A stretch of 64,000 nt of DNA from positions 58,713 through 122,712 of the IMG/VR virus record IMGVR_UViG_3300020583_000224. One strand, 5' to 3'. The position numbers were made by a program, and so were the translations under genes. The stretch comes from a virus. Positions 22,369 to 31,435 of this stretch are shown one piece after another. Position 1 is the first letter of the stretch. Every line of letters starts with the position of its first letter. The notes under the pieces are model-generated. The model ran no database searches. It saw nothing but the letters and a program-made list of their open reading frames with translations, and was not told where the DNA came from.

Positions 22369-23415
22369 ATGGACGGCGAGACCCCCACCACCCCGGCGCC
22401 CCCCACGCCGCTCGGGGGATGGTGGATCGCGGCCGTCGCCGTGATCGGCACGATGGCCGCGCTCATCGCGATCGGCGGCATGATCCTGTCTTTCCGCGCC
22501 GTCTCCCAAGAGATGACCCCTGCGTTCGGCACCCAGTGGGCATGGCTCGTACCCGTCGTCATCGACCTGTCCGTGTTCGTGTTCTCCGGCGTCGACCTCG
22601 TCCTGAACCGGCTCCGCATGAACCACCCGCTCGCCCGGTTCACCGTGTACGGTGCGACGTTCGGAACCGTCTGGCTGAACTACTCCGCCGGCGGTTCGGT
22701 CGCTGGCCGAACCGCCCACATCCTCATGCCGAGCATCTGGGTCGTGTTCGTCGAACTCATGCGGCACGTGGTTCGGCGGCTAACCGGCCTGGCCGACGGA
22801 TCCCTGCGCGAACCCGTCCCGACGGTTCGATGGATCCTCGCCCCGTGGCGAACCGTGAACCTCTGGCGGCGCATGGTCCTGTGGGGCACGAACTCCTACC
22901 CGAAGGCCCTCGCGCAGGAGAAGGGGCGCCTGGCCGCTATCGCGGTTCTGCGAACCGAACACGGGCCGTTCTGGCGCTGGCGCGTCGCGCCACTGGTTCG
23001 CCTGCAGCTCAGTCTTGGCGAACCCGTTCAGGCTCCCGAACTTGCTGCGGCCGAACCTGCCGAACCGGACCGCGAGGCCGAACCGGAGACCCCGAACCTT
23101 CCCGCAGTTCCGAACCGAACCACCGCCGCCGGTCGCGCCGAACGTTCTGCGCCGCGCCGAACCAGCCCGCGCCCGAACGGTTCCGGGAGCGTCTCCCCGC
23201 TCATGTCGCGACCCGAACGCGTCGAGATCATCCGGCAGTGGATCGACCAGGCGGGCGGCCTCGAGGCCGTGCCGCTCAGCCGAATCATGACCGAATTCGG
23301 GTGCGCCAAGTCCACCGCCTCCGGCCTGCGCGCCGAGGCAGATCCCAGCCCTGCAACCCAAAGCGCGACGACGCCTAACGAAGACGACGAAGCTGATCGA
23401 GAGGACGCCGCCTGA
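22369..23415 (+). CDS. DUF2637/Spd-like membrane protein with C-terminal HTH
   Basis: Four N-terminal TM segments (SFRAV...AWLVPVVID), RWILAPWRT..LWRRM.LW, C-terminal SRIMTEFGCAKSTA. Confidence 0.8.
   Translation: MDGETPTTPAPPTPLGGWWIAAVAVIGTMAALIAIGGMILSFRAVSQEMTPAFGTQWAWLVPVVIDLSVFVFSGVDLVLNRLRMNHPLARFTVYGATFGTVWLNYSAGGSVAGRTAHILMPSIWVVFVELMRHVVRRLTGLADGSLREPVPTVRWILAPWRTVNLWRRMVLWGTNSYPKALAQEKGRLAAIAVLRTEHGPFWRWRVAPLVRLQLSLGEPVQAPELAAAEPAEPDREAEPETPNLPAVPNRTTAAGRAERSAPRRTSPRPNGSGSVSPLMSRPERVEIIRQWIDQAGGLEAVPLSRIMTEFGCAKSTASGLRAEADPSPATQSATTPNEDDEADREDAA
22700..23300. repeat. Dense CGAAC/GTTCG array within the spd-like gene
   Basis: Roughly 20 copies in all three codon phases and both orientations. 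Confidence 0.6.
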
Positions 23416-25631
23416 TGGCACGACACGACACGACACGCGGCTACCTCGAGGCTCAGCCGCTCCAAATTCCCGATAGCGCCCAGCAATCCACCCTTCCCGT
23501 CGCGTGGCATGGCGCGCCTCCGGCCGTCACGCAACATGGAGAACTCGCAGCTCAGGCGCCGAATCAGGCTGCTCCGCAGTCGTACTACTCGGTCAGTCCG
23601 GGCCAGATCCTCCCACACGCGCAGGCCCACGACCTCCCCTGGCACATGGCCGGACTGCTCGACCACGAACTGCCCCGCCCGAAGCCCGAATGGGTCAAAC
23701 TCCTCAACGACTACCACGTGCCCGGGGTCGCCGGGACGCTCGTGTTCACGGCGTTCGGGTGGATGGCGCACAAGGAGCCGATGCACCCGTGGATGGCCGG
23801 GCTGTTCATCGGCGTGGGCGTCACCGGGCTCGTCGGCGCCTGGTGGGCGCACCACGAGCACGGCCAGGACGCGGACCCGCACTTCACCAAGGGCCTGGCG
23901 GGTCTTGGCGTTGCCGCCATCTGCGGCGGTGCCGCCGTTGGCGCCGGGCCCACGGGGATCTCGTTCATGCTGGCGTTCGCGCTGGCGGTCGGCGCCGTCG
24001 TCGGCGTTCACCAGTACCGCGAGCACAAGCGCCACGTGAAGGCGGTGACGGCAGTCGAGTTCCACGCTGCCGTCAACCAGGGGAAGGTTCACGTGGTCGG
24101 CCCCGGGCCGGCGGCGGCAACGTCGAACATTGTGGACGGTCGGGTGCTATCCCAGGAGGAGGCGCTGCTGCACCGGGCGTTCGCGGACATGGGCATCGAG
24201 CCGATCACGCTGCGCGGGTTCGAGCGCCTCGACAAGGACGCGTTCAACGTGATCGTCGGACTGCCGGGTACTTCCACGAACGACCCGGAGACGGTGATCG
24301 GCAAGCGGGAGGTGCTCAAGTCGAACCTGCGCGCCCGGCAGATCGCGGTGGAGGCGAGCTCCGAGCACGGCCACGAGATCAAGCTCATGGTGCGCTACGG
24401 CGCGACCAACCCGCTGCTCGAGACCATCGCCTGGAAGGGCCCCAACACCGACGACGTCGCCGAGCCGATCAGGACCAGCGTCGATTTGCACGGCGACGAA
24501 GTCATGGTGCGATTCGCCAACCGGCACACCCTCTACGCGGGTAAGACCCGGCGCGGAAAGTCGGCCGGCATCGCCTCGGCCATTTGCTCAATCGGCGCCA
24601 CGAAGAATGCTCAGCTCTGGCTAATGGATTTGAAGCCGGGTCAGGTCTCGCTCGGCCCGTTCGCCGCGATGGCGGCCCAGTCGGTCGAGGGCAGGAACCA
24701 GCAGGAGTGCGTGGAAAGGGCGTCCCTGATGATTCTCGCCGCCGTCGCGGCGATGGAGGAGAACGGGCAAATCCTCAAGGACGAGCGGGAGTCGACCGGG
24801 AAGCCGGTGTACGAGTGGGATGTCAACAGGCACGGCGCGGCGATCGTCCTGGTCATCGACGAGCTTGCCTACCTGCTGCGGCTGGACCCGGAGATCTACG
24901 AGGGCTGGGTTACGATCATGCAGGTCGGGGCGGGCCTCGGCGTGTGGGTGATCGGCGCTACGCAGTCTCCGTCGGCGAAGGCCCTCGGCGGCACCACTGA
25001 CGGCTCCAGTCAGTTCGGCAACGTGTTCTGCTACCAGTGCAAGGGCGCGACCCAGGCCGGGATCATCCTGGGCCAGGGGTCGTGGAGTGAGGGTTGGAAG
25101 CCGAACGAGCGGAACCTGCCGCTGCAGGGCATGCACCTGCTGCGCACCCCGGAGCACATCCACCCCGTGGTCATGCGGAACGAGTTCGTCGAGCCGGGCG
25201 ACGCGATGGACATTGCCGACCGGTACGCCGACTCCATTCCGGCGCTGCATCCGCGGACGGCGGCGGCGGTCGATCGCGTACTGAACATGGGGCTGCCGAC
25301 GAAGAGCGGGCCGGGCCCTGGTCGCGGCGGGAAGCCGTCCGGGCCCGTCGACAGCGAGATCGTGTACACGCGCCCGTATCTCGTGCCGGAGTATCCCGAC
25401 GGCGACGTGGTCGAGGCGCACCACCGCGCGGCGTGGGAGGCCTTCAAGGAGATGGGTTCGGCAACGATCGACGAGCTCAAGGCACTCCGACTCGACCAGC
25501 ACCGTTCACGCGAGTCGTGCAAGACCGCCTTGCAGGTGTTCGTCAGGCACGGCGGCGCGACCTCAGAGATGGACGGCCGTACCGAGCGATTCCACTGCCT
25601 TGTCGGTTCCGAGCGCCGCAAGGAGGCGTGA
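23415..25631 (+). CDS. traB: TraB-type FtsK/SpoIIIE conjugative DNA translocase
   Basis: N-terminal TM helices, HTLYAGKTRRGKS Walker A, LMDLKPG, LVIDELA Walker B, ATQSP, C-terminal wHTH-sized domain. Confidence 0.85.
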   Translation: MARHDTTRGYLEAQPLQIPDSAQQSTLPVAWHGAPPAVTQHGELAAQAPNQAAPQSYYSVSPGQILPHAQAHDLPWHMAGLLDHELPRPKPEWVKLLNDYHVPGVAGTLVFTAFGWMAHKEPMHPWMAGLFIGVGVTGLVGAWWAHHEHGQDADPHFTKGLAGLGVAAICGGAAVGAGPTGISFMLAFALAVGAVVGVHQYREHKRHVKAVTAVEFHAAVNQGKVHVVGPGPAAATSNIVDGRVLSQEEALLHRAFADMGIEPITLRGFERLDKDAFNVIVGLPGTSTNDPETVIGKREVLKSNLRARQIAVEASSEHGHEIKLMVRYGATNPLLETIAWKGPNTDDVAEPIRTSVDLHGDEVMVRFANRHTLYAGKTRRGKSAGIASAICSIGATKNAQLWLMDLKPGQVSLGPFAAMAAQSVEGRNQQECVERASLMILAAVAAMEENGQILKDERESTGKPVYEWDVNRHGAAIVLVIDELAYLLRLDPEIYEGWVTIMQVGAGLGVWVIGATQSPSAKALGGTTDGSSQFGNVFCYQCKGATQAGIILGQGSWSEGWKPNERNLPLQGMHLLRTPEHIHPVVMRNEFVEPGDAMDIADRYADSIPALHPRTAAAVDRVLNMGLPTKSGPGPGRGGKPSGPVDSEIVYTRPYLVPEYPDGDVVEAHHRAAWEAFKEMGSATIDELKALRLDQHRSRESCKTALQVFVRHGGATSEMDGRTERFHCLVGSERRKEA

Positions 25632-27100
25632 TGGCGCGCCGTAAGCGTTCGACCCTCGACCGGATGGCTTTTCACATGAAGCCGAACCGGGTCCTGGCGC
25701 GCTATCTGAGCGGCGGCAGGCACCAGACCTTCAAGTCGATCGCGAAGTCGCCGTTCAAGGAGCGCACGGTCCACACCGCGAAGTCGGGTCGGCACGCGTA
25801 TCAGCAGCAGATGGCCCGGGAGCGGAAGGCGCGGGCGGCCACCGCCGCAAGGCAGCGCAAGCAGGCAGTAGCGGACCAGCGGGGCGCTCGCGCCCAGATG
25901 CGCCAGCAGCAGCCGAAGCCGCCGCGCACTTCCCGGCAGCCGATCGCGGTCGACCCGCGCACCGGCAAGCCGATCACCTGGGCGCAGGCGCAGAAAGCCG
26001 CCCGGGACGCGAACGCGCGCGCCGACCGGCTCGCGGCCGGGCACGACGGCGACGCCCCGGCACGCCGCCCGCGCCGGCCGAAGCCCGAACCGGCCACGCC
26101 GCTCGCCCGCGCGATTGCCGAGGTGCAGAAGAACAAGAAGAAGCCGGCCAAACCCGCACCGAAGAAGCAGCCCCGGAAGAAGCCGACCTCAGCCAAGCGC
26201 GCGACGGCGAAGCGGCGTCCCGCGAAGAAGGGGAAGGGTGTCGCGGCGACGGTCGCGGACCTGATCCCCGGCCAGGCGATCCTCGCCGCGACGATGCCCG
26301 GTCGCGACACGCCCGGCGCCGGGCCGAAGCCCGTGAACCCTCGGACCCGCGCCTCCCGCACCGCACGCAGGGGCATCTACGGGGAGGTGCTCAAGCGCAC
26401 CTGCGAATGCGGCGGCACCGGCCGCATCCCGATCTATAACAATCAGGGCGACCCGGCGGGCTCCACCTCGTGCCCCGAGCACGGCCGCGCCGGGGACGCC
26501 CGTGGCGCGAAGCGTTGGACGGCGAAGCGGGCGATCCGCGACTCGGGACTGCCGGGGCTCGGCGCGTGGCTCGAGAAGCGGCGCACGAAGAAGCGCGGCA
26601 ACTCCGACGCGCGGCAGCACAGGGCATGGGAACTGGCTCAGGGCGAACTCAGAATGGCCGGGCCAACCCTCGAATGCGAATGGTGCGAGGACGGCCTGGT
26701 GAACCGGCAGTTGACCGACCGGCTGCGCAAACAGCACATCATGAAGGCCCGCGCCGACGCTGCGGCCCTGATCCGTGCCGCGCAAGCCCACAACGCCGAG
26801 GTCGCCGACACCGGTGAGGGCAGGCAGGTGAAGGTCCCGAAGATGCCGACGGAGAAGCAGTTGCAGACTGATGCGCGCCGCACCTTCCCGTACGATCACT
26901 GCTCCGTCTGCAAGGGCCTGGGCCGTGTCGCGACCGGTGTACGGCTGCTGCAGGACGGGTCCCAGCCGGTGGCCGAGTGGCGTGCTGCGGCTGGGTTGAA
27001 GGACGGTCACCGGTCGACGGCGCGGCAGCGGTCGACGGGACGGCGCCCGACGGAGAATGCGGCGCGGGTGGAGCGGCGCCGGATCGTGCCTCGACTGTAG
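25631..27100 (+). CDS. Lys/Arg-rich protein with DnaJ-like Zn-finger motifs
   Basis: ATG overlaps the traB stop; CECGGTG, CEWCEDG, CSVCKGLG. Confidence 0.7.
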   Translation: MARRKRSTLDRMAFHMKPNRVLARYLSGGRHQTFKSIAKSPFKERTVHTAKSGRHAYQQQMARERKARAATAARQRKQAVADQRGARAQMRQQQPKPPRTSRQPIAVDPRTGKPITWAQAQKAARDANARADRLAAGHDGDAPARRPRRPKPEPATPLARAIAEVQKNKKKPAKPAPKKQPRKKPTSAKRATAKRRPAKKGKGVAATVADLIPGQAILAATMPGRDTPGAGPKPVNPRTRASRTARRGIYGEVLKRTCECGGTGRIPIYNNQGDPAGSTSCPEHGRAGDARGAKRWTAKRAIRDSGLPGLGAWLEKRRTKKRGNSDARQHRAWELAQGELRMAGPTLECEWCEDGLVNRQLTDRLRKQHIMKARADAAALIRAAQAHNAEVADTGEGRQVKVPKMPTEKQLQTDARRTFPYDHCSVCKGLGRVATGVRLLQDGSQPVAEWRAAAGLKDGHRSTARQRSTGRRPTENAARVERRRIVPRL

Positions 27101-27234
27101 GAAAATATTTAGCATTGCTAAGCATCTGGGTCGGGGTGGCGCTGTGCCACCCCGACCCTTTCCGTGTGCTGCGGCGTGGGGTGACGTGCCGCCAGGGCTT
27201 GGCGAAGTCTCTAGAAGAATCTTGAGCTACACCC

Positions 27235-27266
27235 TTGACGATACCACCGGGGGGTGGCATCATAGT
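27235..27266 (+). promoter_or_regulatory. Putative promoter
   Basis: TTGACG followed by CATCAT/CATAGT at 17-20 nt. Confidence 0.5.
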
Positions 27267-27302
27267 ACTTAGAGGGAGACGCCGACCGGAAGGAAACCAG
27301 AA

Positions 27303-27554
27303 ATGACCGCCACCGCCACCAAGATCCAGCCGGAGATCGAAGACGGAGAGTGCGTCAACTGCGGAGTCCCGGAAGACGAGATCTGCGAGCGGTGTGGATG
27401 CGACTGCGGCCACGGCCCTGACGGGCTGAAGCTCTTCGGGGGCCCCGATAGCGAGTACTGCCCGCACGGCTGCAAGACCGCCTACGGCGACGGCGAGGAG
27501 ACCTGGGCTGCGGACGAAGCCCAGCGGCGGGAGCTGGAAGGATGGCAGGCCTGA
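27303..27554 (+). CDS. Cys-rich small protein
   Basis: CVNC, CERCGCDC, CPHGC; AAGGAA RBS. Confidence 0.6.
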   Translation: MTATATKIQPEIEDGECVNCGVPEDEICERCGCDCGHGPDGLKLFGGPDSEYCPHGCKTAYGDGEETWAADEAQRRELEGWQA

Positions 27555-27883
27555 TGGGCGGGCAGGACGCCGGGGCGCGGGGAGTACCCGGCCCCACCCT
27601 GGGGTCGATCTTGGGAGATGCCGACGCCGCCCTCACGCACCTCGCCGCCACCCACACCCCGCTCGCCCGCGCCCAAGAACTCAAGCGCTGGACCGAAGCC
27701 GTCCAAGCCCTCAGCAAGCGCATCGGCGACGACACCACCGAAGCCGTCTGGCAAGCCGCGCAATCGCAGCCCTCCGCCGACGTGGCCGCCGCACTCGGCG
27801 TCTCCAAGTCCGCCGTCGACAACCGGGTCAACGCGTACCGCAAAGCGCACCCGGACGCGCCCCGAAAGGACCCCCGACCGTGA
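27554..27883 (+). CDS. HTH protein
   Basis: SADVAAALGVSKSAVDNRV. Confidence 0.7.
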   Translation: MGGQDAGARGVPGPTLGSILGDADAALTHLAATHTPLARAQELKRWTEAVQALSKRIGDDTTEAVWQAAQSQPSADVAAALGVSKSAVDNRVNAYRKAHPDAPRKDPRP

Positions 27884-28215
27884 ACGCTCCCAGCCTCGCT
27901 GCCGACCACGCCTACTACTGCGCCCCGGCCGAACGCCACGACACGTACGACACGTGGGCCGAGTTCGCCGACCTGGAAGCAGGCGCCGACCACGACCGGA
28001 ACCTGCTGTTCCGCTGGGACTGGATCCCGGGCGACGGGTACGGCGCGGCCAGCCTCGAACTGTTCTTCGCCCTACAGGGCAAGGGCGAGCTGCGGTCCGT
28101 CACGGTCGCGGTGCTCGCCGAGGACGAGACGGCGGTCCGCGCGTACCTGCAGCCGCGGCTCGAGCACCTGGCGGGCCTGTGGGCGCCGCTCTCGCTGTCG
28201 GCCGCCGGGGCATGA
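27880..28215 (+). CDS. Hypothetical phage protein
   Basis: Coupled ORF (NLLFRWDW). Confidence 0.6.
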   Translation: MNAPSLAADHAYYCAPAERHDTYDTWAEFADLEAGADHDRNLLFRWDWIPGDGYGAASLELFFALQGKGELRSVTVAVLAEDETAVRAYLQPRLEHLAGLWAPLSLSAAGA

Positions 28216-28266
28216 CAGGGTGACCCGATAGCTACGCTAAGTATTTCCCCCACCTAAACTGACCCC

Positions 28267-28827
28267 ATGGACGGCGAGTCGACGCGCGCCAGAATCCGCG
28301 AACTCGTAGGCGACGGCGCGGCCACCCTCCAGCAGATCGCCGACAGCCTCGGGATCCGCATGCAGACTGTCGCCGGGCACATCGCGCGCATGCCGGATGC
28401 GGCCGGGATCCGCGCGGCTATGGACCGCAACAAGCCGGCGCCGCGCACCCTGACTGCGTTCGGCGAGGCCAAGACCGTGACCGCCTGGTCGAGGGACCCG
28501 CGCAGCCGCATATCACGGAACACGCTGCGCACGCGGCTCGCCGATGGCTGGAGTCTCGAGGACGCGCTCACCACCGGACCCAGGAGGCGCGGGCAGACGG
28601 TGACGCTCACCGTCGAGGAGGCTGCCGCGTTGAAGGCCGCGGCAGGCCGGGTGCGTGCACTGCCGCAGGTGCACAGGAACACGACCGCCGACGCGCCGGA
28701 ACGGGCTGCGACCAGAGAGCTGCGCGAGCTGATCCGGCAGGCAGCCGAGCGGGCGTCCATCGGCGAGATCGCGCGGGCGGCCGGGCTTAGCTACCAGCAG
28801 GCGTGGCGGCACCTTCGGCGCGCATAA
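28267..28827 (+). CDS. Multi-HTH DNA-binding protein
   Basis: TLQQIADSLGIRMQTV; LTAFGEAKTVTAWS...TLRTRLADGWSLEDALT; SIGEIARAAGLSYQQA. Confidence 0.7.
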   Translation: MDGESTRARIRELVGDGAATLQQIADSLGIRMQTVAGHIARMPDAAGIRAAMDRNKPAPRTLTAFGEAKTVTAWSRDPRSRISRNTLRTRLADGWSLEDALTTGPRRRGQTVTLTVEEAAALKAAAGRVRALPQVHRNTTADAPERAATRELRELIRQAAERASIGEIARAAGLSYQQAWRHLRRA

Positions 28828-29004
28828 GGTCCGTAGGGCCGCACTTCGACACCGAAGGAAACTGACTCCAAGGTTAGGAAACAGGAAACCCCTTCCGCCC
28901 GCTGTCGGCGGGCGAGAGAATCAGAACAAGAAGACGGGTCGCCACCGACGCTACGGCGACGACCCAGCCCCCTCCGTACCAGACACGAAGGAGACACGCA
29001 CATC

Positions 29005-29448
29005 ATGACCGACCCCAAGCCCCGGGCCAAGCCCCGGGTTTTGATCACCAGCTACGGCGTGCTGCACGGCGTCCCGCCCGCACCCCGGCATCACGCGATG
29101 CCCGTCGAGGTCGACCTCGCCGACGCGCTGCGCAACCCGCACGACGACCCCGGCATGCGGTACCTGACCGGGCTCGACCCCAAGGTCGCCGCGCACGTCA
29201 TGACGACCCCCGGCGCTACTGACTACCGCGACCAGGCCGTCCACGAGATCCAGGTGCGCATCAGCCTCGGCGTGGACCCTGTCGAAGTGTTCGTCTACTG
29301 CCGCGGCGGACGCCACCGTTCCGTCGCGATGGCCGAAGCGATCGGTTCCGCGCTATCGGCCCGGGCCGTCCGCGTGACCATCGAGCACCGCGACATCGAC
29401 AAGCCCGTCGTCCAAGCCATCCCCGCAACCAGCGCCAAGGAGGCGTGA
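29005..29448 (+). CDS. Stand-alone RapZ C-terminal-domain protein
   Basis: ITSYG..HG.PP...LRNP......LTGLD..V...CRGGRHRSVAMAE...IEHRDI. Confidence 0.85.
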   Translation: MTDPKPRAKPRVLITSYGVLHGVPPAPRHHAMPVEVDLADALRNPHDDPGMRYLTGLDPKVAAHVMTTPGATDYRDQAVHEIQVRISLGVDPVEVFVYCRGGRHRSVAMAEAIGSALSARAVRVTIEHRDIDKPVVQAIPATSAKEA

Positions 29449-29855
29449 CCATGTCGAGGCGCAGCCGGAACGAGGAGAACAACGAGCGCTGGGAGAACAT
29501 GGTCACCCAGGCAGGCAGCTTCGTCGCCGCGGCAAGCGACGCCCGCGCCCGCGGCGACAACCGGAACGCCGACCACTGGACGCACATGGCCGACGTGTCC
29601 CTGAACCTCGCAGAAACGGTCCGCGAGGACCGGTAGTCCGGCAGGCCATTCGACCGCTCCTCGTGATCCCGGTTGCCCGCGTGGTGCCGGGATCACGCGC
29701 GTCAGGGGGCGCACTTCGAGACAACTTGCGCCCCGCGCCCCGTAGCCCCACAATCGCGCTAGACGATCACGCCCGCCCCGATGACCAGTCAGGGCGGGCT
29801 ACGCGGATCACGGGCGTCTCCCCAAATGCTAACGCGCACCATCGGGAGCCGCCGC

Positions 29856-30731
29856 ATGCCCAGAGACCACCGCGCCGCACGACCCTACTGGGTGCACAGC
29901 GACCCCGAACCGGCCCCCGAAACCACCGCGCCGGACGCCACCCCTTGCGTAGGACGATGCAACGCAGCCTGGCGCGCCGCGGAGCAGCGCAAGGCCGACA
30001 GGGGGACCGAGCACACCCTCAAGCCGCGCGCCGGCTATCCGATCTGGTGCCCGCCCTGCGCCACCTCCATCCGCGGCGCCCTCGGCGACATGCCCGAACT
30101 CGCGGTACGCCTCCACGTCGAGATCTCCGCGGGCGCCAGCGCCACCGCCCTCGACGACGACCTGAACGTCACCGGCTCCCGCGAACGCGCCCTGCACGAG
30201 CACGAGGCCATTGTGTTCACCCTCGAAGAAGCCGCCGGATTCCTCACCGACTGGGAAGACACCGTCCGTGCCCAGCGAGACCTGCCGCCGCGCACCAGCG
30301 GCCACCAGCAATCGAAGCAGGCGAAAGCAGTAGAGACCTCAAGCCGGTTCCTCCAACGCCACCTCGCATGGCTGCTCGACGAACACCCCGACACCGCGCC
30401 CGAAGGCGACGAGCGGCTCGCGAGCGAAGGCTTCGGACTCGACCTGCTCGCCATGCACCGCAAAGCCCAAGCCATGACCAAGACCGGCGAGGTGCGCCCC
30501 GAACCCTGCGAAGGCGTCTTCTGCCCCAGTTGCGACCTGCGCTCCCTCGAGTGGGAAGTCGATCCGGACACGAACGCCGCGACCGGCTACGTCCGGTGCC
30601 GCGTGTGCCGGCCCCGCTTCGTAATGACAGCCGACGAATACCACCAGTGGACGAAGATGGAAGACCACGACGCACGCAAGCGCGGCCTCGCGACCCCGGC
30701 GGTGCTCGCGAAGGCGGGGCTCGCGCGGTGA
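29856..30731 (+). CDS. Zn-finger protein preceding the late region (putative regulator)
   Basis: CxxxC, CPPC, CPSC, CRVC; position. Confidence 0.65.
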   Translation: MPRDHRAARPYWVHSDPEPAPETTAPDATPCVGRCNAAWRAAEQRKADRGTEHTLKPRAGYPIWCPPCATSIRGALGDMPELAVRLHVEISAGASATALDDDLNVTGSRERALHEHEAIVFTLEEAAGFLTDWEDTVRAQRDLPPRTSGHQQSKQAKAVETSSRFLQRHLAWLLDEHPDTAPEGDERLASEGFGLDLLAMHRKAQAMTKTGEVRPEPCEGVFCPSCDLRSLEWEVDPDTNAATGYVRCRVCRPRFVMTADEYHQWTKMEDHDARKRGLATPAVLAKAGLAR

Positions 30732-30991
30732 CCAGGCCCGAGTTCGATCCGGATGATCCGCTATTCCGGCCGATCAGCATCAAGCAGGCCATGGAGTTGA
30801 CGCGCCGGTCCGACGACACGATCAACCGGTGGATCAAGGACGGGCATCTGCGCGTCATCCACCTCAAGGACCCGCCGGAGGAAGCGCTGATCGAGCGCGA
30901 GGTCGTGGACACCGCGATTCAGAAGCGGAAGAACGCCCACCGCGGCAGGCCCCGCCCGAAGCGCGGTGAAGCCACTGGCGACACGGCTTGA
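30728..30991 (+). CDS. Xis/MerR-like HTH protein
   Basis: ISIKQAMELTRRSDDTINRWIKDGHL. Confidence 0.75.
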   Translation: MTRPEFDPDDPLFRPISIKQAMELTRRSDDTINRWIKDGHLRVIHLKDPPEEALIEREVVDTAIQKRKNAHRGRPRPKRGEATGDTA

Positions 30992-31017
30992 CTCGCAGGT
31001 CACTCGCGTGCGACATT
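30988..31017 (+). promoter_or_regulatory. Putative late-operon promoter
   Basis: TTGACT-18 nt-GACATT ahead of the structured non-coding region. Confidence 0.45.
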
Positions 31018-31170
31018 CTCGGTGCGGGAGTATGTCCGCACGCAAGTTCGCCCGGCCAGCGTGGCCGGGGAAGTGGTGCTCGTCCAGGGTCCGGCCGGAC
31101 CGGATCGAGCGCCCAGCCTTGAGAGCCCCGCCAAGCGCGGGGCTTTCGGCTTCCGCAGTATTCTGCACGT

Positions 31171-31257
31171 GTCGGCGGAGGCGAGGGTTCGAATCCCTAC
31201 CGCCACACGGTAACCAATCCGTAGTGGCGCAGCTCGCCCTGGTCGAGCGCCGCCGAC
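31171..31257 (+). ncRNA. Circularly permuted tRNA-like RNA (YrlA/Y-RNA-like topology)
   Basis: GTCGGCGG/CCGCCGAC closing stem; T-arm AGGG-TTCGAAT-CCCT; acceptor-like CGCCAC/GTGGCG closed by a hairpin; D-arm GCTC-GCCCTGGTC-GAGC. Confidence 0.65.
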
Positions 31258-31313
31258 CTCCAGTCAGGCCTGGGCTGCCGTCCGCGAGGACCGCGGCCCA
31301 TCGCCCTTTTCGG

Positions 31314-31381
31314 GCCGTGGGTGCGCCGCGACCATGGCTATCCGCGCGCACCAGGAACAGCGGTTCGAACCCGCACACGGC
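31314..31381 (+). ncRNA. Second D-armless tRNA-like element
   Basis: GCCGTG/CACGGC, GGTGCGC/GCGCACC hairpin, GCGG-TTCGAAC-CCGC T-arm. Confidence 0.45.
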
Positions 31382-31435
31382 GCTAAGGATCGCGGTCCCG
31401 ACCCGGGTCTGACCGCCCGCAGTCGGAGGCGAGCC

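Noticed and set aside
31171-31381. Canonical tRNA genes suggested by GGTTCGAA T-loops
   Set aside because: No standard cloverleaf with an anticodon loop; kept only as tRNA-like elements
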